Source: an uncultured delta proteobacterium (GTDB taxonomy: Bacteria; Myxococcota; Myxococcia; Myxococcales; Myxococcaceae). Taken from it: DNA of 64,000 nucleotides. Of this stretch, positions 45,242 through 57,426 are shown in pieces. The stretch's first letter is position 1. Each line of letters opens with the position of its first letter. A program made the position numbers and the translations under genes. The stretch lies in contig CAVQKE010000005.1 in assembly GCA_963713045.1 (NCBI GenBank), positions 327,372-391,371 of the forward strand, given 5' to 3'. The notes beneath the pieces are model-generated. The model ran no database searches and was not told where the DNA came from. It was given only the letters and a program-made list of their open reading frames with translations.

Positions 45242-45307
45242 CCGTCGGATGATGACCGCCGCCGACGCTTGCGCCGCGCGACGTTTGTCGCTAGATGCCC
45301 TAACCAC

Positions 45308-45384
45308 GCGCGATTAGCTCAGATGGATAGAGCGTCGGCCTCCGGAGCCGAAGGCCACTGGTTCGAGTCCAGTATCGCGCGCCA
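45308..45384 (+). tRNA. tRNA-Arg (anticodon CCG)
   Basis: Cloverleaf: acceptor GCGCGAT/ATCGCGC, D arm GCTC/GAGC, anticodon arm TCGGC-CTCCGGA-GCCGA, T arm ACTGG-TTCGAGT-CCAGT, encoded CCA. Confidence 0.97.
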
Positions 45385-45390
45385 ATAAAT

Positions 45391-45612
<222 letters not shown>

Positions 45613-45769
45613 CGCGCATCAAGCAATCGGCGAGGTGTGTTAGCCCGAAGCTGTGTAGTCAGTCCGAGGCTGTTACGTCGGCGCCCCTGAGCATAGTGTC
45701 CATACCCACGGCTCCCGTATTCAGGCGAGGGGAAGCCCCCGGGCCGCCATCATGTGCGAGGGAGGAATC

Positions 45770-46219
45770 GTGGGAAACAAGACTGCCGAAGAGCGCAACA
45801 TGGAGTTGATGCAGACGCTGGACGACGCATGGAACGCGCAGGACTTAGAGACGTTCTCCAAGCGCCACAGAACCGATGTCGTAGTCCGCTGGCCCGGAAA
45901 GGGGCCGACCAAAAGTGTCGACGCTCACCGGATAGAGGCAATACAGTTCTTCAAGACCTTCCCGGATTAGCGTTTGGGTAACAGACCCTACAAGACGTTC
46001 TTTGCCTCTGGTGATTGGACCTGCTCAATCGCGCATTTCACCGGCACGATGAAAGGGCCCATGTCCGGACATGGCGGAAAAGGAGATTCCCACCGACCGG
46101 GAAGAAGTTCGACGTCGACTTCTGCACAGTGGCCCACTGGGGACAACAACGGACAAATCATTGAGGAGAATCTTTTCTACGATCTGATTACCTTCATGAA
46201 ACAAATCGGCCTGGGGTGA
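45770..46219 (+). pseudogene. SnoaL-like/ester cyclase family protein (internal stop and frameshifts)
   Basis: GGAGGA RBS; LDDAWNAQD, FFKTFPD*, FTGTMKGP, PPTGKKF, EENLFYD. Confidence 0.75.
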
Positions 46220-46379
46220 GCAGGTAATTCGATGTTTGAGGATAAGGCCCTGGAAAATTGGCCAAAGCGCACGACTGGCGACGAAACGAGCGACGGGCTT
46301 CTCGGCGCCGCCTCTATCAGCTCCGCCACGTTTCGGCGGCCGGCTCTGCACCGAGGACACGACTCCGACTTTAACTAGT

Positions 46380-47343
46380 GTGCCCGGTGGGGCGGTACTC
46401 CGTCGCACGCGAGAGGCCGCTGGCCGGCGTCTGACGTCCGCGTGCTCCCGTTGGGACGGAGGAGGTCGCCGTGTAGGCTGTTCCGGCGTGCTCTTGCGCC
46501 TTTCGAGCGATTTCCGCCGTACGATGGACCTGTCGCTGGTCCTGGAACAGGAGGGTATCCCCCACGAGCTGCGCCGCTTGGGAGAGGCGCACTGGGCGCT
46601 CCAAATCGACGACCCGGACGCCGCGCGGGCGGAGGTGGCCATCGTCGCGTTCGAGCAAGAGAACCCGCTGGAGGTGCGCCGTCCCGAGGGGTTCCACCCG
46701 ATAGCGGGAGCGGTCGCCACGGGTCTCGCATTCGCCCTTGCACTCGTGACGTTCTACGTTTGGACGGGTCCGGAGTCGGCCGGTTCACCCTGGTTCTAGC
46801 GGGGGAGCGCGGGAATGCTGCGCAATCCTCCGCGGCGAGTGGTGGCGATTGGTCACCGCACTGACCCTGCACGCGGACGAGTGGGCGATGCCGCCGGCAA
46901 CGCCGTGCTGGGCGGGCTCCTCCTGGCGCTGCTCGCACGCTCCGTCGGCCCAGGGATGGCGAGCGCCCTGATATTGCTCTCGGGGGTCGCAGGAACCTTG
47001 GCCGCGGCCGGGCTCACGCGCCACAACTTCGTGTCCATCGGCGCCTCGACTGCGGTCTTCGGTGCCCTGGGCGCGCTGGCAGCCTTGCCGCGGGACAGTC
47101 GCCGCGTTTGGATGCCCCTCGTTGGCGGGTTGGGCGCTGCTTGCAATCCAGGGAACGTCGAAGAGCGCCGATGTCGCCGGCCATCTCTGCGGATTCATCT
47201 CCGGAGCGCTGGCCGGCGCGGCGGTGTCGCTCCTGCCGCCGCTGCAGAACCGGGCTGCTCAAGCGATCTCGCGGTCGCCGCCGGGTGCGTCCCGGTTGCC
47301 GCATGGCTCGCCGCCTTTCGTTGAACGTCCCAACGAGCAGCGG
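46380..47343 (+). repeat. ~0.96-kb direct repeat, copy 1
   Basis: Aligns end to end with 62192-63154, with scattered substitutions and indels. Confidence 0.92.
46488..47324 (+). pseudogene. Rhomboid protease, copy 1 (frameshifted)
   Basis: WWRLVTA..LH, GASTAVFG (catalytic Ser), GHLCG (catalytic His), spread over several frames. Confidence 0.8.
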
Positions 47344-47495
47344 GCCTGAAGAACGAGTCATTCCTACGCCCTGCGCCTGGAGCCGCTTGGCGGCCACCGC
47401 GACTAAGCCCGTGCCCTGAGACGATCCCTACTCAAGGCGTGGAAATGGCCGGGAAACGCTGAAAGCGGCCGCTGCATTTCCCCGAGGGGGCCGTG

Positions 47496-49343
47496 TCACG
47501 GCGTCCGGAGGCAGACAATAGGGTGCGCCCGGGTACACAAGTCACTCGACGGCACCAACGCGGTAGCGCCCAAGTCAAACCGGCGGATACGGCCGACCTG
47601 CCCTGAGCCCCCCTGCCAGCCACTGCAGTCGGGAGAACCGGACGTCCAGACGTAAGTGTCCGAGAGCGTGTTGGGCACCAGCCCGACCCCGTGAGAAGTG
47701 ATGTTATCGGCTGTCTCCACGGGCGCTCCATCAGCGCGAACGTCGCCGTTGTGGACTGGGATGCCGCGCAGCTCGGACGCGACGAAAGTCCCGGGCCACC
47801 CAGCATCGGACGCATCTGCTTGGCACTGGCTGTCCGCACCCAGTACGCCGTCGGACGGCACCCAAGGGGTTGACAAGAAGGTGGTGCCCGCATCCAGAAA
47901 GCAGGGAGGTAATCACCGAGGCCCGCTCGCGCCCGTCCCAAAGCACACGATGTCTGCGCTGCCGCTACAGGCGACCGGCGGGGCGCCCAAGTCATTGGAC
48001 CAAGCATAGCCCATCGCCCCGGTGGTCCCCGCCGGCGTCACTCCCGTCGTCGATGTCCAATTGTTGCAGGTCTCGGACGCGGGGAGCGGAGTCCCGTCCA
48101 CCGCCGCACCCGTCACCGTTGGCGTCGAGGTCGAGATGAGAGGCGCCCATGGCCTCGCCCCAGCGAGGGCTTGGATGTCCGGCGCGAAGATGGGAGAGGC
48201 ATTGCCACTCACTCCTCCCCAGCCGTTGGAGCCCGCCAACAGCTGCGCCGGGTTCCGTCCCGTAGAAGCGAGCCAAGCAACAAACGTGCCGCCATAGCCT
48301 TTGCTGCTCGCAGCCGTATTGCAAGCAGAGTCGGCGCCAGAGCCGTCAGAACCAAAGCTAGCGAGCGGCAGGGGACCGGTCGTAAAAACGGAGTTGACTG
48401 GCTGAAAGTTGGCGGTGACTGTCAGCCCTGCGTCGACGTCGAGTTGGCAGCTTGGGCCGGCATCTGCGCAGGCGTCCCCCCATTGGAGAAGGACTGCGGA
48501 GTCCGGATCCTCGCCGCTTTGCAGAACCGCATCGAGCATCAGCGGTCCGAACCAAACAAAGGGACACGTCCCCACACACCAGTCGGTGGAAACGACGCCG
48601 GGTGGACCCAGGGCGACGAGTCCGTACGGCAGATCGTTGGCGAACCCTTGCCGGGTAACGTTCAAGTTCACCAATGGGCCGACTTGGGCATTCACTGCCT
48701 TGTCTGCATTCACCGTGAAGCTGCACATCGGACTCGGGAAATATCCGCACGGGGGGCTCGTCCACTGGACACCCTCCCCGGAGGGGAGCGAGAGGGAGAA
48801 TTGCTCGGGCGTGCCATCAAAGACAGACCCCGAGCATTCCTGGCCTGTACAACTCGAATCGCCGCAATAACCGGAACACGACCACAAAGGAATTGGAGGA
48901 GTCACCGTCAGCGTCGCTGCAGCGGCGGACACGAAGAGACCGACTTTCCATCCGACCTGTGCTTGGAGAATCAGGTACGGAGCATCCCCGCCATTGCTCG
49001 ATTGAACCTCGAGCGTGGCCTGCTGGCCGCCTGGGCTCTGGGCCGTTACTTGGACGGAAATGTTACAGGAGGCGCCAGCGGCCAGCGACGGCACGCAGCC
49101 TGGGGCGCTCACGCTAAAGGCCGATGGACCGCCACCTCCAATTGCGACGGAGATGCCCTCCGCTGCAGAGCCACCCGTGTTGATGAGCTGAATTGACATG
49201 GGCGCGGACGTGGGTCCTGGGACGCGTCCAAAGTCGAGCGGCGAAGGGGGCAGGCTTAGAAACGGACCCGACGTCTGTCCACATCCGGCGAAGACGAGAA
49301 GTATGGCGACCGGCGCCGAGAACAACCGTGGCCCGCGACTCAC
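47496..49343 (-). CDS. Surface lipoprotein B: Ig-like + InlB-B-repeat-like + two DUF1554-like domains (frameshifted)
   Basis: GTG 49343, lipobox VFAGC; LDFG..P..S..I.L.NTG Ig-like start; WGDAC....SC.L; F.T..GADSACN..A..TFVAWL; ends HPIVCLRTP*. Confidence 0.65.
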
Positions 49344-51292
49344 GGCAGCACCTGTACGCAGCCAAGTCGGTGCGCCTCGCTGCATGAGGCCGTTGGGGGA
49401 ACGAGAATTGGTGGACCCGTGGTCATACCGGACGATGCTTCCGACAGCACCCGGCCCCCCCGTCCACCCGTTACAGTCGGATGAGGCTTTCTCGACCCAC
49501 ACATAGGTGTCAGAAAGAGTCGCCGGCACCATGCCCTGACCACGCGCATCGACGTTTTGCGGATCTGAACTCACCAAGCCGTCGGTACGAACGGATGTAC
49601 CGGGCTGAGTACCGCCCGGGGAGTGCAGACTGGCGGCGGCGAACGTGCCGCTCAGGCCAGCATCAGCCGCGTCGGCCTGACAGTGGCTGTCAGCCCCACT
49701 CAAGCCGCCCGCTGGAACCCAAGGCGAGGAAGTGAAGGTGAGGGCGATGGGCGGGGTAATGGGCGGCAAGACAAGGTTTCCGACGACACCCTGGCCGAAG
49801 CAGGCGAGCATCGCCGAGGCGCTACAGGGGAGAGTCGGCGCTCCGATGTCGACCGACCAGGCGTAGCCGACACCGCCGGAGGTGCCCGCCGGTGCCGTGC
49901 CGCTCGGGGACGTCCAGTCCTGACAGGTCTCGGTCATGCCGAGGGTGGTTCCGTCGGGGTTGGCTCCAGTGGCGATGGCCCGGCCGAGTGCCGGAGGAAT
50001 GGCCAAGACGAGGCGCGGCCCGGTGATATCCGCGATCGTGCGTGCGGTAAGGATGTAGTCCCCTGGATAGGTGCCGGAGATCGCCCAACCGGACCCTGCG
50101 GCAAGCAGGGAGGCTGGGTTTCTCGTGCTCGTCGCGACCCAGGCGACGTACGGCTGTGTGTCCCTGTTCCCGAGGGCAGCCTGGTGGCACGCGGTGTCGG
50201 CGCCTGCGCCATCGGCGCCGATGGTGGAAAGCGCAACCGGCCCTGTGAGGAAGATGTTGTTGGGAGGGGACACGGACAGCGTGACGGTGGCGGCAAGCGT
50301 CACATTCAATGAGCATGTCTGAGAGGTGCCGCTGCACGCACCGCCCCACGCTTCGATGACGAAAGGCTCAGGGCTCTGCACAGTCAGCGTCACCGGGCCA
50401 CTTTCGATAAAGCCACACGTCCCGCCAGAGCAGCTTTGGCCGCCCGGATCCACCACGGTCACCTGCGCACCCGCGGTGGTGAGCTCAACGGTGAGTGCAG
50501 GTGCGGCAGTCCCCACCAGTTGGGCATCGGCCGATACAGTAAAGGTGCAGCCGCCGCCGGGAAGGTTGTTGCACGGCGGCGTCCAACTGACCGCCATGCC
50601 CGTCGCCAAGCCAGTGACCGTAATCGTCAGGACGGTTCCGGCCGCAAAATAGGCCGAGCTGCCTCCCGTGAAATTGCAGCCCTCATTGCAATTCAGGCCC
50701 GCGGGCGACGACTGCGCAGCTAACGAAAAGACGAATGGCTCAATGTAAATGGAGATGAGTTCGCCGACGGTGCCGGTGATGTTGCACGTCGAGTACGAAA
50801 GGACGTTACCGACGTTACCCGTCGCCGTAAATGTTGCTTGCTTCTGGCCGAGCGTCTGTGGCGTGAGGCCAACGGTTACCGGGCAAGAGGCGCCCGGCGC
50901 CAACTCCGATGGGCAAGCAGAGAAGTCGACCAGAAATTCGCTGGCCGCTCCGGAGGAAACCTTAAGGGTAAAGCCGAGGTTGGTGGCCGTGACCACGCCG
51001 GTATTGGTGAGCGTAATGGTTTGGGGGGGACCGTCTGCACATTGGGAAACCGGCCCAAGTCGAGCGTGTTCGAGCTCAAACTGAGGGCGGCCGTGTCAGC
51101 GGTGCAATGCCCATTCAAGCACACCGACCCAGTGCAACAGTTCAAGCCGACATCCGACCCGCAGACGTTGACCGAACAGCAGTCGGTGCCGCTGCACGTG
51201 CACTGGCCGGAGAGAGCGCAGTAGTCGGCAAAGCCAGCATTGGGGTCGCACGCAAGGAGCAGCAGCACGCAACCGAGGCCGACGCGCTTCAC
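49340..51292 (-). CDS. Surface lipoprotein A, paralog of B with a Cys-rich N-terminus (frameshifted)
   Basis: GTG 51292, MKRVGLGCVLLLLAC lipobox, Cys-rich stretch, same domain order as B; ends HRLGCVQVLP* (TGA 49340 overlaps the start of B). Confidence 0.65.
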
Positions 51293-52104
51293 GGGAATCG
51301 TCCGCTCAAGAGCAGCAACCCTCGCGACGGGTCGACGCCCAGTGTTACGGCCAGCCCAGGCGGCCGCGCGCCAGGCTTGTAGAGAAACAGGCCGACGACT
51401 GCGGCCGCGACGCTGACCGCCGTCAGCGAATAGCCGACGATGGCGTAGGTGTTGGCCGCGTTGCGGGCAGAGACTGCGTCCGCCAGTGGTAGACTGGGGT
51501 TTAGAAGCTTGGAGCCCCGGAACCAGACAGCAGGAAGAAAGTGACGCCCGTCGCGAGCGCGGCGCCGCCGAAGATAAAGCAGGAGACACCGTAGGGTCGC
51601 GTCGGAGGGTCATATTTGAGGGAGCGCCCCGTTCGCGCGGCGAGCCCGTCGGCAACAACCTGCGTCTTGTTGACGAGCTCGTTGAGGAGTTCGGTGAGCG
51701 AAGGTGCGGTGGAAGCGACGGTTATCCACGGCTCACCAACGCTGGACGTAACAACGAGCGAGAGTTTCCATATGCCATGTTCAACAGATAGCTGCCCGCT
51801 CAGGATGGCTTGATAGCCGTCGACCTCGCCTCTACATTGCGGTTCCGGGGATGCGCACGCCACCAGCCGTCCCAGGCCCTCGGGCTCCGATGCGGGACTC
51901 TATTGCCGCGGGGTCGTCCGTCGGTTGTCCCCATTGCCGCAGCCAGTAGATGACGTGGTGCTGAACGTAGACGACTGAATCCTGCGCCCGCGTATCCGTG
52001 GCCACGATGGGCACAACCGCTAGCGCGGCGGGTTTCCCAGGGGCTGCGCTTTCGGATGAGGCGGCTGCGGCAAGCAGTCCAGCTAGGAGTATGGCCCCCG
52101 GCAT
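51289..52104 (-). pseudogene. Secreted/membrane hypothetical protein heading the lipoprotein operon (broken frame)
   Basis: Signal peptide MPGAILLAGLLAAA, hydrophobic C-terminus ending LLLLSGRFP*; stop overlaps the start of gene A. Confidence 0.5.
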
Positions 52105-52299
52105 TTTTCCCCCTGGTTGCGAAGACGAGGAGTGTCACGTATGTAACATAGAGCTTAGCGGGGGTCCGGATTGCACGTCCGTCTCCGTTCCTTGAGCTCT
52201 TGCCCATGGCCTCCAGGCGGCAGGTTGGCGCCGATTCTGTCGCTGGCGAAAGCGCCAAGGCGGGCCGTCCTCCAGGACACCTGCCCAAGGCCGCGATGT

Positions 52300-52794
52300 T
52301 CAGTGTGGATGAGGCCTTACAATACCGTCAATGTCTGGAAGCGTAACCGTTACCGCGCGACTTCCATCGTTGTCGCGGTGAGGAAAGGTTCCGAAGAACA
52401 CTCGTGCTCCTGGGTCGACACCCGACAAGAACTCGTCTAGCTCGTCCCCTCCGTTAATCAGGTCGGCACGAATCTCGACTTCATCTCCATCGAGAGCGCC
52501 AATCATTACTTCGCCAGTATTGCGAAGCAGCTGCAGGGCCGTCGACTCCATTTCTGGGGTAAGTGGGCCGCCTCGAATTCGTTCGTCAAAATAAAAGCTA
52601 ACCACACTCCCAGGGCGCAAGCGCTTCGCAACGAGCTCCAGGGCATCGAGGTCACGACAGTAATACCAACGCGTCCCACCTCCTCCTCTAGCCAGGCGCT
52701 CCAACACCACCGCGGCCTGAAGCCGCAAGCGTTCAGGTATTGCTGTCGCCTTCAGCAGGGCCGATGTCATTGATGCAAACGAGGCCCTTTCCAT
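52300..52794 (-). CDS. Hypothetical protein
   Basis: Intact 164-aa ORF with globular composition (PGSVVSFYFD..., LPDIDGIVRPHPH). Confidence 0.6.
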   Translation of the reverse strand: MERASFASMTSALLKATAIPERLRLQAAVVLERLARGGGGTRWYYCRDLDALELVAKRLRPGSVVSFYFDERIRGGPLTPEMESTALQLLRNTGEVMIGALDGDEVEIRADLINGGDELDEFLSGVDPGARVFFGTFPHRDNDGSRAVTVTLPDIDGIVRPHPH

Positions 52795-52989
52795 TTCTCG
52801 TCACTTTGGCAGCCGGTGAAGCCCTGTGACAGCCTGCTGGCGCCTCCCAGGACGTCACAACGCGTGCAGGGCACGCCACGACGCACTCACCATGGCCCTG
52901 ATCGACGCGAGCCCGTCTTATCCCAGCGGCCGTCTTGGGTTTGAAGAGCCGCTGCGTCGGCCACCGAGGGTTGGCGTGCGCCGATGTGT

Positions 52990-53245
52990 CTACACTTGCT
53001 CAAACTCCTCTGCCGAAATCTCGATGGGCTCAAACAGCGGGTCGGAAAAGATTTCAGCCGGCGGCGGCACAGGTTCTTCCCCGAGTCGCGTCCTCCCTGG
53101 CGACTCTTCAGCACTCGCATAACCGCGACTGCCGTTGGCGAAGACCTCAACTTTGCGCGTTTCCAGGCGCTCCGCATCGAGTTCGCTAAAGCCAAACCGG
53201 CTCGTCGGGAAACGAATGATTCCGCTTCACTCGAATGTACTTCAT
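52990..53245 (-). pseudogene. DUF6881-like small acidic protein (one frameshift)
   Basis: MKYIRVKRNHSFPDEPVWL/SELDAERLETRKVEVFANG..GYAS..TRLGEEPVPPP.EI..DP.FEP.EISAEEFE. Confidence 0.6.
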
Positions 53246-54029
53246 GCGTTCACCGCCCGGATGAGCCACAGCCCGTAGACGAAGAACGGCGCATGCTCGG
53301 GGACTATTCGGTTCGCTACGGGCCGGAAGGCCAGCGCTGACTCGGCATCCTCGAAGAGATGGTAGTCGTTTAAATGAGGACCCCAGTCTTCTCTGAGTGC
53401 TTCACGCTCTCCTTCAAAGCCACAGTTCGAGAGCCCGCTGAGCATTCCTCCGGTCTCCGACATCGAATCCAAGAAACGGCCAATCAGAACTCCGCTCCCC
53501 TGGCGTCATCGGCTCATCGTACGGGCCGTAGCTCCTCGGTTCCCGCAAAGAAGCGGCGTCCGCGAGCCAAGTAAAAGCTACGAGCCAATACGGAATGCTC
53601 GACGTGGGCGGTCGCAAGGTGCCATTCCAGGCTGACAAGGTCCTCCCACAGACCTGCGTTGGGTCCGGTCCACTTGGGCGGTATCAGGCCCGGCACACCA
53701 GGTCGCGGAACCCCCGTGTCATCGTTGTACAACGAAAGCCACGCAGCGCAGTCCGCGGATAGAGGCTTCCGAACGTCGGCCAGCAGCAGCGACTGCTTTC
53801 GCTCCGCGGTCCAGCCCTCTGCCGTCGGCAGCATCTCGCGCGCGTCAAAGCCCAGGAGATGCTCCTCGGTGGGCCCGTAGCTGGTCACGGCGTCCGCGAG
53901 CGTATTCCGGCCAAGTTCTTCCAGCCATCGCTCGAGCCAGCCCCAACTCGAGTAGCTGGTTTGGCGGACGAGAGCGAATGAGTCACACTCGGGTCGTGCG
54001 GCGCCGCGGCTCCAAGCAGGTGTCGTCAC
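53242..54029 (-). pseudogene. Hypothetical protein split over three frames
   Basis: Track ORFs 53514..54029, 53414..53638 and 53242..53472 join plausibly (FLGFDV.D, SGLSNCG, LN.YHLF, PEHAPF); start uncertain. Confidence 0.5.
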
Positions 54030-54431
54030 CGGTGGTTAACGAAGCGAGACCTCTCGGCGGAAGGTCTTGGGGCACCCTCTGTGTATCGGGATTGATGCTG
54101 CTCTTCGGCATCGCCGAAGTCGTGACTGCTTTTCGTCACGCCTTCTTTGGCCTTTCTACCCAAGAGAGCATTGGCTCGACAGTCGCGGGTGCGTGTATCG
54201 GTCTGCTCTATGTTGCTGCCGGGAGTGCTGGCGTTGACCGGGCGGCGTAAGGCGCTGACTGCTGCCCTGAGCTGTCTCGGCCTCGATGTCGTGGGCCGTA
54301 TCACGATGGTGGCGCTTGGCTTCTTCCCCGTCGATACGACACCCCAGGTGGTCAGCATGGTGTTTGGGACGGTCATCGTGGTCGCCTTTGGCGCCTACCT
54401 GTGGGCCAGCCGTAGGCGCTTGCCCCAGTGA
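53978..54431 (+). pseudogene. Four-TM membrane protein (frameshifted)
   Basis: Two hydrophobic segments in each of ORFs 53978..54250 and 54147..54431. Confidence 0.5.
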
Positions 54432-54474
54432 AGTGCCAGCAGTCTCCGGCCCCTCCCTGCGCTAGGCTCCGCCC

Positions 54475-57056
54475 GTGCGTCTGACACCGGGAACTCGTGT
54501 CGGCCCTTACGAGGTGGTGTCCCTCCTGGGGGCCGGAGGGATGGCCGAGGTGTACCGAGCCAAGGACACGCGGCTCGGACGGGACGTGGCCATCAAGGTG
54601 GTGTCCGAGGCCCTGGGGCGGCGATGGAACCTTTCTGGAGCGGTTCGACCGTGAGGCGAAGCTGGCCGCCTCGCTCGCTCACCCCAATGTCGTCGCCCTC
54701 TTCGATGTGGGCCTACAGGACGGCAAGCCCTACTTCGTCACGGAGTTGCTCCAGGGGGAATCGCTCCGGGAGCGGCTGGCGAAGGGTCCAATCCCCCTCG
54801 GGAAGGCACTTGAGTGGGCGGCCCAGATGGCCCAAGGCCTCGCGGCTGCGCACGAGCGCGGCATCGTCCACCGGGACTTGAAGCCGGAGAACGTGTTCAT
54901 CACCCGAGACGGGCACGTGAAGCTGCTCGATTTCGGCATCGCCAAGCTCATTGAAACAGCGCAGGCGGCGACACCTCACGGCTTGATGGACCCCACGGTG
55001 TCGCAGTCTGGCAGCAGCACGGGCACAGGAATCGTGCTCTGGGACGCCCGGCTACATGTCGCCTGAACAGGTGCGCGGCGACCCCGTAGACGCAAGGACT
55101 GACTTCTTCAGTCTCGGCGCGGTGCTCTACGAGATGTTCAGCGGACACCGGGTGTTTCCGGCAGGCCCAGTCGTGGAAAGCGGCTACGCCATCCTCCACA
55201 GCGAGCCTGTAGCCGCTGCCAGCAACCATTCCTCCGCAGGTGGCTCAGGTAGTTCACCGCTGCCTTGAGAAGGACCCAGCGCGGCGCTTCCAGTCGGCGC
55301 GTGACCTGGCCTTCAACCTGGAGCTTGTTCGGGCACCAACGGGCTCGACGCCGCCGGGCGCGACAAATGCGGTGGTGGCGACGAGAGCTTCGGCTGGCGA
55401 CGCCTTACCTGGCCACTTGCGGCGGTTCTGGCCGCGCTCGCAGCTTCTGGGACGACCTTCTTCATCGCGCGGGCGAAACGGCCTCAAGTGCCCTCTGTGG
55501 AGCAAATCACCTTTCGACTTGGAAGGGTCTCGGCTGCCCGCTTCAGTCCCGACGGCCGGGTTGTCTTCAGTGCGGCCTGGGGTGGTGACCCGCTCGACAT
55601 TTTCTTGCGAGCGGCTGGAAGCCCGGAAGCGCAGTCCCTTGGTATCCGCGACGCAACTTGCTCGCCGTCTCCACAACCGGCGAGTTAGCTGTGTTGTTGC
55701 GCACCAGCGGGTTCGACCCGATAAGACGAGGGACATTGGCGCGAGTCCCGGCGGCTGGCGGAGCCCCGCGAGAAATCTCGGATAACATTGCCTCTGCGGG
55801 CTTTTCTGCCTCGGGTGAGCTTGCGGTCGTCCGTAGAGTCGGAGGCGTGCGCCAGTTGGAGTACCCATTCGGGACGGTGCTTTTCTCGACCAACGGATTC
55901 ATCGGGAACCCGCGTGTGTCCCCAAACGGAGACACAGTTGCTTTCCTTCATAAACCGTTCTCTGGCGCGAATGAATTGCGGGTGGTGGACAGGAGGGGCC
56001 GAACCCTGGACGTCGCACACCTTTGATGCGTCTGACGCAACCTCGGACGGAAGCGGGCTGGCCTGGTCGCCGACTGGCGACGAGGTTTGGTTTTCAACCT
56101 ATAACGCCATCTGGGCGAGCCCGCTCACTGGGGCGCTGAGGTTGGTGTACCAAGGCGTCTACGAAATGCTGCTGGAGGACATCTCTGCACCGGCTCAGTC
56201 CTAGTGAATGCGCAATCGACGCGTCAGGACCTCGCATTCCTATCTGGCGCGGACCCGCAGCGTCAGCGTGGTCTGTCCTGGCTGAATTGGAGTGCCGTCG
56301 CGGCACTTTCCGACGACGGGAAATACGTATTGTTTAACTCGGGGTGGGAAAACGTCGCTTTCCTCCGGCCAACCGACGGGTCGCCTGCGGTGAAGCTCGG
56401 CGCAGGAGAAGCGCAAGGGTTCTCGCCCGACGAAAAATCGGTGCTCGTCATTCCAGAGGGCCGAATGAATGCTCTTTCGGTCATTCCCATTGGAGTTGGC
56501 GAGGCCTCGTCGGTCCCGCTGGCAGACACCCAGGTCTTGACGGCTCAGCGGTTGCGGGACGGCAAACGCGTCGTATTCTTCGGAAAACACCCCTCGTCGG
56601 ACAAGCAGTACCATCTCTACGTCGTTCCGCTCGAAGGTGGCGTCCCAGCGCGACTCTCCGATGCACCGCTTATCCCCAAACCAAATCGAGGTTTCCCGCG
56701 ATGACCGACTCGTCGCAGCGCGAAACCTCGATGACATTTTGACGCTCTTCCCCTTGGATGGGGGTTCTCCCACACCGCTAACGGACCTCGGGAAAACCGT
56801 CGTTCCTGTTGCGTGGAACAATGACGGCCAGCTATGGGTTAGGCGGTTCAACGAGGTCCCGGGTCGCCTCCGCCTTTACGACATCCACAGCCGTCGTGTA
56901 GTTGCGGAGCGTGCTGCTTCTCCAACTGACCCGACGGGTCTAATCCAAGTGGACGGCGCCAGTGTCACGCCGGACAATTCAGCAATTGCTTTCGACTATC
57001 TACGAAAGCTCGGCTACCTCTATCTGCTGGACGGGCTTGCTCCGCCTCGGCGCTGA
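54475..57056 (+). pseudogene. Ser/Thr kinase with TM and WD40/PD40-like beta-propeller (multiple frameshifts)
   Basis: GTG 54475 [31 protein letters not shown]; repeats FSPDG, VSPNG, WSPTG, LSDDG, FSPDE. Confidence 0.85.
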
Positions 57057-57128
57057 GAAAGACGAAGCCGGAGCCTGAGCCTCCTCCGGCGCAAAGGCGC
57101 AAACCTTCACCTTTCGCCCCATCCCCCT

Positions 57129-57169
57129 GCCGAGAGAGGCTCGTGCCTCGTTTTCTCGGCGGCGTTTTT
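57129..57169 (+). terminator. Putative intrinsic terminator
   Basis: Stem GCCGAGA-GAGGC/TCGT/GCCTC-(GTTT)-TCTCGGC, then GGCG and TTTTT; lies between convergent genes. Confidence 0.5.
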
Positions 57170-57212
57170 GGGCCACACCCTGGCCGGGAGCCGACCGACT
57201 CTCAAGCCAGCT

Positions 57213-57392
57213 TCACTGGCGTCCCTTTTTTAAAAACTGCCACTTCAGCGTTTGCTTGTCTGAAGCAGAGACTTCGACGTCCGCGCAGTTGATTCGGAGG
57301 GCATTCGAGACCCGACCGTGTGGCAGATTTCCTTCGGCGCACAGCCGGTGGACTGTGACCGGGCTCACGCGCAGTCTCAGTGCGGCTTCGCG
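57213..57392 (-). pseudogene. Excisionase-like HTH (3' part), interrupted by IS66
   Basis: Deleting the IS and one TSD restores LLTVREAALRLRVSPVTVHRLCAEGNLPHGRVSNALRI. Confidence 0.75.
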
Positions 57393-57426
57393 GTATCCGA
57401 TTGATTGCGGACGTGTCCGGCTGCCC

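Noticed and set aside
47913..50996. Single 1027-aa surface protein
   Set aside because: An internal lipoprotein signal and duplicated architecture indicate two genes joined by a frameshift.
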